IMG/VR virus record: IMGVR_UViG_3300025103_000063
Coordinates: 1 to 37,915 of that record
Strand: one strand, 5' to 3'
Source of the DNA: a virus
Lineage: Duplodnaviria > Caudoviricetes
DNA: 37,915 nucleotides
Part shown: piece after piece, positions 33,025 to 37,915 of the stretch
How positions within the stretch are numbered: the first letter of the stretch is position 1
Layout: each line of letters begins with the position of its first letter
Position numbers and translations under genes: made by a program
The notes under the pieces: generated by a model
The model's database searches: none
What the model was told of the DNA's origin: nothing
Seen by the model: the letters and a program-made list of their open reading frames with translations, nothing else

Positions 33025-35445
33025 TTACCTAGGCTCAAACGAGCCTAAGTCAAATCCACCTCCAATAGTATCATTACCTGAAGACTCAAAGTTTTTAGGT
33101 GGTTTACCTGTCTTTCTTTGATCTATAAGCTCTGACTGTTGTGAGGCTTGTATTTTAGTTCTTTGATCTTTACGGTCTTCTTTAGTAGACTCTCTACTCA
33201 ATACGTTTTGCATATCCATTTGTCTAAGCTGCATGTTATACTGAAACTCTTGAGCCATAAGCTGAGATTTAATTTGCGCTTCAGCTTGTAGCTTTTGAGC
33301 TTCCATCTGAGCTTCTACTTGTTTAGTTTGCATTTTAGCTTGCTCTAACGCTTGTTGTTTTTGTATTTCTAATTGAGCGGCCGCTTGTTGCTGTTGAGTA
33401 TTAGCTTGTGCTTGAGCCTGTATATTTTGCTGTTGCATTTGCTGATCTCTTTGCATTTTCTTTTTTCTACGTATTTTGAGAAGTTGATTAGCTAGCTTAA
33501 CGTTTTTAATATCTCTTAAGTCTATAGCATCTTCTAAATCTATACTTTGCTGCGCTATGGCTTGCTGTATGTTGTTTTCTAATATAGCTTGTTCTTCCTC
33601 ATCAGGCATAAGCTCTAGAAATATACCAAAGTCATATAAGTGTAGGTTTGACATTTCTTCAAGCGTAGCTACATTGTGCACGCCAATGCTTTGTATGAAA
33701 GCTTCTTTTGTAGGAGAGTATTCTATAATATCAGATATTCTTAACGATAGTTGCTCTGCAACTTCAGCTGTTAAAAATAGTCCTGAATCAAGTATATGTC
33801 TAGTTGCTGTGTTAGAGTTTGCAGCCGCAAGCTTTTGAACGCCTAGTAAAGCTCTTTCGTCAGGCGTGCTACCATCGCGCGCTTCATTAAGCCCGGTTAC
33901 GTCGCGTATCATTTGAAGATAATAGTTGTAGTTACCTATTAACGCTTGTATTTTGTTACCTCCAGATCCAGATGTTATTTCTTGAATAGGAACTTTACCA
34001 GGATTCATATCGCCTTCAGAAGTAAATGACCTACCAATAACACTACCTGTTTGGAAGAACATATTTAAAGCTTCTTGTGGGCTGTAGTTAGTTCCATTAC
34101 CTAAATCTATTTCAGCTAAACCATCAGCGTCTAAATAAACGCCATCTGGAACCATACGCGACATTACTTGCTGTAGCTTTAAATGTGTTAGCTGTATCAT
34201 GTCGGCAAATCCAGTAATACGCTTTACTAAAGATTCTATTCTACCTTTATACATTCTTGGCGCTACTATGTTGTAGTTCATTTTAACTTTAGTAAAATCG
34301 CTTTTTGGCCTCATCATGTTTTTAGCCATTTGCCATTTTAGTAGTTTTTTGGTGCCAAGAACCATAGCGCCTTCATATAAACACTCTATTGATCTTTGCA
34401 GCTTGCTATAATCAGTAGCGTCTTCAGGTGGGTTAAAGTTATCGTCTTTTTCAATAAGCTTACTAGCGCCACTAGCTGTTTCTTTTACTTTGTAGACTTC
34501 GTTCATATACGTCTTATAATTAAAATATAAAACTTGAACTCTATTTTTATCTGTATCTTCGTAGCCTACGCCGCTGTATTGGCTGTTAGATTTTTGAACG
34601 TCGGCGCTGTTTTGTATTTCTTCTAAATCTTCATGCGTTAAGTGCGGAAACTCTTTAGCTAACTCGTTTAGAGGTATTGTTTTAACTTCACCAATATAAT
34701 ACAAGTCGTCAAAGTAAGGTGAGTCTGTGTAAGAGTAAACTATGTCTGCAGGATCTACATATTTCACTGTAACTCCTTCTGAAGTGTTAAAATCTGTTTT
34801 TACAGCAGCTATACCAAGTACAGTTAAATCGTAGTAAAGCTGTTTTTTAATTAAATCGTAATTATTGCCATCAAGCAAAACATTTATAGCTTGCTCTTCC
34901 GCTAATTCTACAGCCTGCTTATAGGTTAACTGCATGTGCAGCTCTAGTTCTTCTTGAGTTTCAGGTAATGTAGCTGGGTCGTTTTGATAAAGGTTTATAC
35001 CAAACTCTTCAGCGGCAAAGTCATTCATCTCTTTAGTAGCCATATCTCCAAGTACACTTTCCATATACTCTGTTCGTTTAGCTACACCGTATGGGTCTTG
35101 AGAATACGCCTTAATGTCAAAAGATCTATTAGCTAAGCCGTTAACTACTATATCTACAAATTTAGGTATAATAGGTACAGGTGTCCAATCAAGGTTTAAG
35201 TAGCTTAAGTCACCATTTATAGAAAGTTCGTCTTTATATTTTTGTATAGACTGCTCTCCTCTAGCGTATAACCTTAAGTTATGATAGTTGTTAAAATTGT
35301 TTTGATACCTATTGTGGTTTCTATCGTTGTTAAACCACTCTGTTTCGATTGCTTTAGCAACCTTTAAACCGTAGTCATAGCTTAACTTTTCAGCATCACT
35401 AACTACTTGACTTGGAAAATAACTCTTTATAACAGACTCTGCCAT
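33025..35445 (-). CDS. Portal protein (806 aa)
   Basis: Directly after terL. LRLYARGEQ, LDWTPVPIIPKFVDIVVNG and IRDVTGLNEARDG motifs; long Gln-rich C-terminal coiled coil like podoviral portal barrels. Confidence 0.85.
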   Translation of the reverse strand: MAESVIKSYFPSQVVSDAEKLSYDYGLKVAKAIETEWFNNDRNHNRYQNNFNNYHNLRLYARGEQSIQKYKDELSINGDLSYLNLDWTPVPIIPKFVDIVVNGLANRSFDIKAYSQDPYGVAKRTEYMESVLGDMATKEMNDFAAEEFGINLYQNDPATLPETQEELELHMQLTYKQAVELAEEQAINVLLDGNNYDLIKKQLYYDLTVLGIAAVKTDFNTSEGVTVKYVDPADIVYSYTDSPYFDDLYYIGEVKTIPLNELAKEFPHLTHEDLEEIQNSADVQKSNSQYSGVGYEDTDKNRVQVLYFNYKTYMNEVYKVKETASGASKLIEKDDNFNPPEDATDYSKLQRSIECLYEGAMVLGTKKLLKWQMAKNMMRPKSDFTKVKMNYNIVAPRMYKGRIESLVKRITGFADMIQLTHLKLQQVMSRMVPDGVYLDADGLAEIDLGNGTNYSPQEALNMFFQTGSVIGRSFTSEGDMNPGKVPIQEITSGSGGNKIQALIGNYNYYLQMIRDVTGLNEARDGSTPDERALLGVQKLAAANSNTATRHILDSGLFLTAEVAEQLSLRISDIIEYSPTKEAFIQSIGVHNVATLEEMSNLHLYDFGIFLELMPDEEEQAILENNIQQAIAQQSIDLEDAIDLRDIKNVKLANQLLKIRRKKKMQRDQQMQQQNIQAQAQANTQQQQAAAQLEIQKQQALEQAKMQTKQVEAQMEAQKLQAEAQIKSQLMAQEFQYNMQLRQMDMQNVLSRESTKEDRKDQRTKIQASQQSELIDQRKTGKPPKNFESSGNDTIGGGFDLGSFEPR

Positions 35446-35449
35446 ACTT

Positions 35450-37666
35450 TTATTTTATTATTTTTGATATTCCACCTTGGTTAGAATATTTAGATATATT
35501 TATGTTTACTTGCGGTCTTTTAATATCCGCGTGTGGTCTGTAAAGGTGACGATTGCAAGCCATTATAGCTAAACCAGAGCTTATAGCGGCATCAAACTTA
35601 GTTCTTTTGTTTATATCAAACTTAGCCCAATCATTTAAAGTTCTATTGAAATACACGTTACCGTATACTCCTTCGTCTAAATGACCTACGTGATCATTGA
35701 TATACATTTCTATAGCCGCAGCGTGAGCTTGCTTTATATCTTCACTAGAGTTAGGTATACCACCTATTTCTTTTTCAGCTGTACTTAGCTTGTTCCAAGC
35801 TTTATCTGGTCTATTCATACTAAAACCTCTGTACCCTCTTCTTTTAAAGTAGTATAAAAGTCTTGGTTTGTTATTTTCTGCTAACAATGGCATGCCGTAA
35901 AATATGCAAGCCATTAGTATATCTTCAAAAAATATCTCAGCGGTTTGTGGTCTAGCAATATATTCTAAAAAGAAATGGTTTGGCGGAGCGTCTTCCATGC
36001 TAAACTTAGTTAGTCCATGAAGAGATCCGTTGGATCCTCTACCATCAACAGTACCGCTAATATCATAGCTATCGCAGCCAAAGGCGCCCATATGCTCATT
36101 ACCAGGGTACTTAACACCATTTTTTATTATTACATTGTTTTGAAGTCTAGGTTGAGGTGTCCAACTTATGTTAAACCTTCCTTTTGGGTCAGGATTAAAA
36201 ACTACAGCTGTGTCCTTAACTCCACTTACCCACTGAAAATTACCAGTGTTGTAAACAGCGCTATTTCCTATTCCTTCATTATAATCTATTTGCTCGTATA
36301 TTTTAACTAAATTAAATATACTGTTTTTTGTTTCATCTCTAAACGCATGCTCTTCAGTTCTTGGAAACTGACGATAAAATTCGTTTAATGCATCTTGATC
36401 TTCTTTTAAACCTTCTACCTCGTTGTTCCAATTATCTATAACGCCTACGTCAATTAATTCACCGTCTGGTCCATGAACATCTCGTCCTGGAGTAGTAAAG
36501 ACAGGTCGTCCATATTCGTCAATAAATCCTTCAAAGTTCCACTCCATTGGAATAAACAAAGCATATAAACCAGATTTTGTTTGACCATTTTTATTTCTTC
36601 GAGTTACATCACTATCATTATACAATCTTTTGAAGTTATCACCACCTTTATCTAACGCGTTAGACGTTGATCCCATCATGCACTTGCCGATAATTCTACT
36701 ACCTAGTCTAAGACAAGTTTTTGTAACTCGCCAGTTGTTAAGTATGTTATCGGGCCTCTCCCACTTGCCACTTTCATCGTGAACTAACAGTGATAATTTT
36801 TCACCATCATAACTGTTGTCGCCTGTGTTCTTCCAATCAATTGTTGTGTCAAGACCTTTTATCTCCTCTAGCTTTTCGTTAACCTCTATTTTTTTACGAG
36901 TAAACTTACTCGCTGGCACACGATATGCTAGCTCAGACTTTGGTCTGTCCATACCATCTTGAATAGGTTTAAAGAAAAAAGGATAATTTATTGATATAGG
37001 CACAACCTTGTCAGTAAACATCTTTTTAGCATCACCACCACTCTTGGATAGTATTCCATATCTACTATCACTCGATATTGTAGCTAAGTTAACGGTTTCA
37101 GCAGAGCTCATGAAAGAAAATCCAGAACGTCTGTTTTTAAGATAACACATGCCGTAGCAGCGCTTGTCTGCTTTACAAGCTTCCCAGAATATAAAAAACA
37201 ATCTATTTGCTTCACGAAAGTCTGGGGCACCAACATCTATTTTCGACCATTGGAGGTACATGTAGTGAGTTCCTGTAATATAAGTTGGAACACTAGCATT
37301 CTGAAACCAGAAACCTTCGTCACGCCTTTTGAATTCTTCATCTATATAATCGTACCATTGTTCTTTTTGCTCTTCCGGGTATGCTTTCCAGTCAAATATA
37401 GTTTTTATCTTATCTAACAGCTTTGGCTTATCTAACTGCTTCCACTTGCTATGCTTGTTATTATGTACTTCTTTAGGTTGTTTAGGTAAAGCTACTCGCA
37501 AGCCTTGTATTTCATACACATCACCTATTTGGCCAGTTTTAGATATAACTACAATATCATGTTCTTTGTTGTAGCCGTAATGCCATTTTTTACCTTTATT
37601 AAGTCTACTTAAAGTAGTCTTCTTAATAGGTTCAACTATTTTATATAACGTTTGCTCGTAACTCAT
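35450..37666 (-). CDS. terL: Terminase large subunit (738 aa)
   Basis: Walker A-like LKNRRSGFS, Walker B LLVHDESGKW, motif III MGSTSN, and RNase H-like nuclease residues FGCDSYD, AENN and FDAAISSGLA. Confidence 0.9.
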   Translation of the reverse strand: MSYEQTLYKIVEPIKKTTLSRLNKGKKWHYGYNKEHDIVVISKTGQIGDVYEIQGLRVALPKQPKEVHNNKHSKWKQLDKPKLLDKIKTIFDWKAYPEEQKEQWYDYIDEEFKRRDEGFWFQNASVPTYITGTHYMYLQWSKIDVGAPDFREANRLFFIFWEACKADKRCYGMCYLKNRRSGFSFMSSAETVNLATISSDSRYGILSKSGGDAKKMFTDKVVPISINYPFFFKPIQDGMDRPKSELAYRVPASKFTRKKIEVNEKLEEIKGLDTTIDWKNTGDNSYDGEKLSLLVHDESGKWERPDNILNNWRVTKTCLRLGSRIIGKCMMGSTSNALDKGGDNFKRLYNDSDVTRRNKNGQTKSGLYALFIPMEWNFEGFIDEYGRPVFTTPGRDVHGPDGELIDVGVIDNWNNEVEGLKEDQDALNEFYRQFPRTEEHAFRDETKNSIFNLVKIYEQIDYNEGIGNSAVYNTGNFQWVSGVKDTAVVFNPDPKGRFNISWTPQPRLQNNVIIKNGVKYPGNEHMGAFGCDSYDISGTVDGRGSNGSLHGLTKFSMEDAPPNHFFLEYIARPQTAEIFFEDILMACIFYGMPLLAENNKPRLLYYFKRRGYRGFSMNRPDKAWNKLSTAEKEIGGIPNSSEDIKQAHAAAIEMYINDHVGHLDEGVYGNVYFNRTLNDWAKFDINKRTKFDAAISSGLAIMACNRHLYRPHADIKRPQVNINISKYSNQGGISKIIK

Positions 37667-37914
37667 TTAGATCTTCCTTCAGCAAAACCTTTAAATACTC
37701 TCTCTTCTTTCTTTTCTGGCTCTTTACCCTCCAGCAAGTTTTCTTCTTCTTGAATACGATTGAGTATTTCAAAAGCATCAAATATAGCTAGCTTTTTAGT
37801 AGCGGCAGCGTTTTTAAGCCTATCAGCTGTAATATCATCACCACTATCAACGATAGCTTCTTTAGCCACTTTGATAAGTTCTTCAACGGCTCTATGCCCA
37901 GCTTGGATTATACT
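37663..37914 (-). CDS. Small helical protein coupled to terL (possible terminase small subunit), 5' end outside the window
   Basis: Frame stays open past the GTG at 37869 to the window edge (SIIQAGHRAVEELIKVAKEAIV...); ATGA overlap with terL. Confidence 0.55.
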   Translation of the reverse strand, partial: SIIQAGHRAVEELIKVAKEAIVDSGDDITADRLKNAAATKKLAIFDAFEILNRIQEEENLLEGKEPEKKEERVFKGFAEGRSK

Positions 37915-37915
37915 C

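Noticed and set aside
1285-36310. Plus-strand ORFs in the track
   Set aside because: All lie antisense to convincing minus-strand genes and have Ser/Leu/Phe-rich shadow composition with no motifs.
35450-37666. Intein or intron in terL given its length
   Set aside because: No intein C1/HN-terminal or LAGLIDADG motifs are seen and the ORF is uninterrupted. The extra length is an N-terminal extension.
1-37915. Stop-codon reassignment as in some crAss-like phages
   Set aside because: Genes are long and tile the window under the standard code. TAA dominates, TGA ends three genes, and no ORF appears interrupted by TAG.
1-37915. tRNA, rRNA, integrase or IS elements
   Set aside because: Intergenic gaps are all shorter than about 65 nt and no such motifs were seen.

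Overview
This is a 37.9 kb fragment of an AT-rich tailed dsDNA phage genome, with every credible gene on the minus strand. It holds most of the virion morphogenesis operon. In transcription order (right to left): a small gene before terminase (truncated), large terminase, portal, scaffold-like protein, major capsid protein, a conserved 274-aa protein, two ring/adaptor-type tail proteins, a 2745-aa tail stabilisation/nozzle (muzzle)-like protein, two tail-associated proteins, three putative ejection proteins (349, 571, 2407 aa), three small very basic proteins (one missing from the ORF track), three small membrane proteins plus a DUF5675-like His/Cys enzyme (candidate lysis cassette), three tandem paralogues, and tail fibre genes (the last runs off the left edge and is missing from the ORF track). 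No tape measure, sheath or long-tail tube gene is recognisable, and the start regions I read are A/T-rich with no Shine-Dalgarno. This suggests a podovirus of a Bacteroidota/Flavobacteriia host with a crAss-like/phi38:1-like head-tail layout (inference). The most notable signals are: (1) the 2407-aa putative ejection protein, with zincin HExxH, a complete HAD phosphatase motif set and twin CCCH zinc fingers, separated by recurring KFS(K/R) linkers; (2) a shared N-terminal MA(F/Y/I)...(S/N)P-hydrophobic-K leader on four probable capsid-internal proteins; (3) an apparently split, heavily decorated nozzle. All family assignments come from motif recognition, not database searches.
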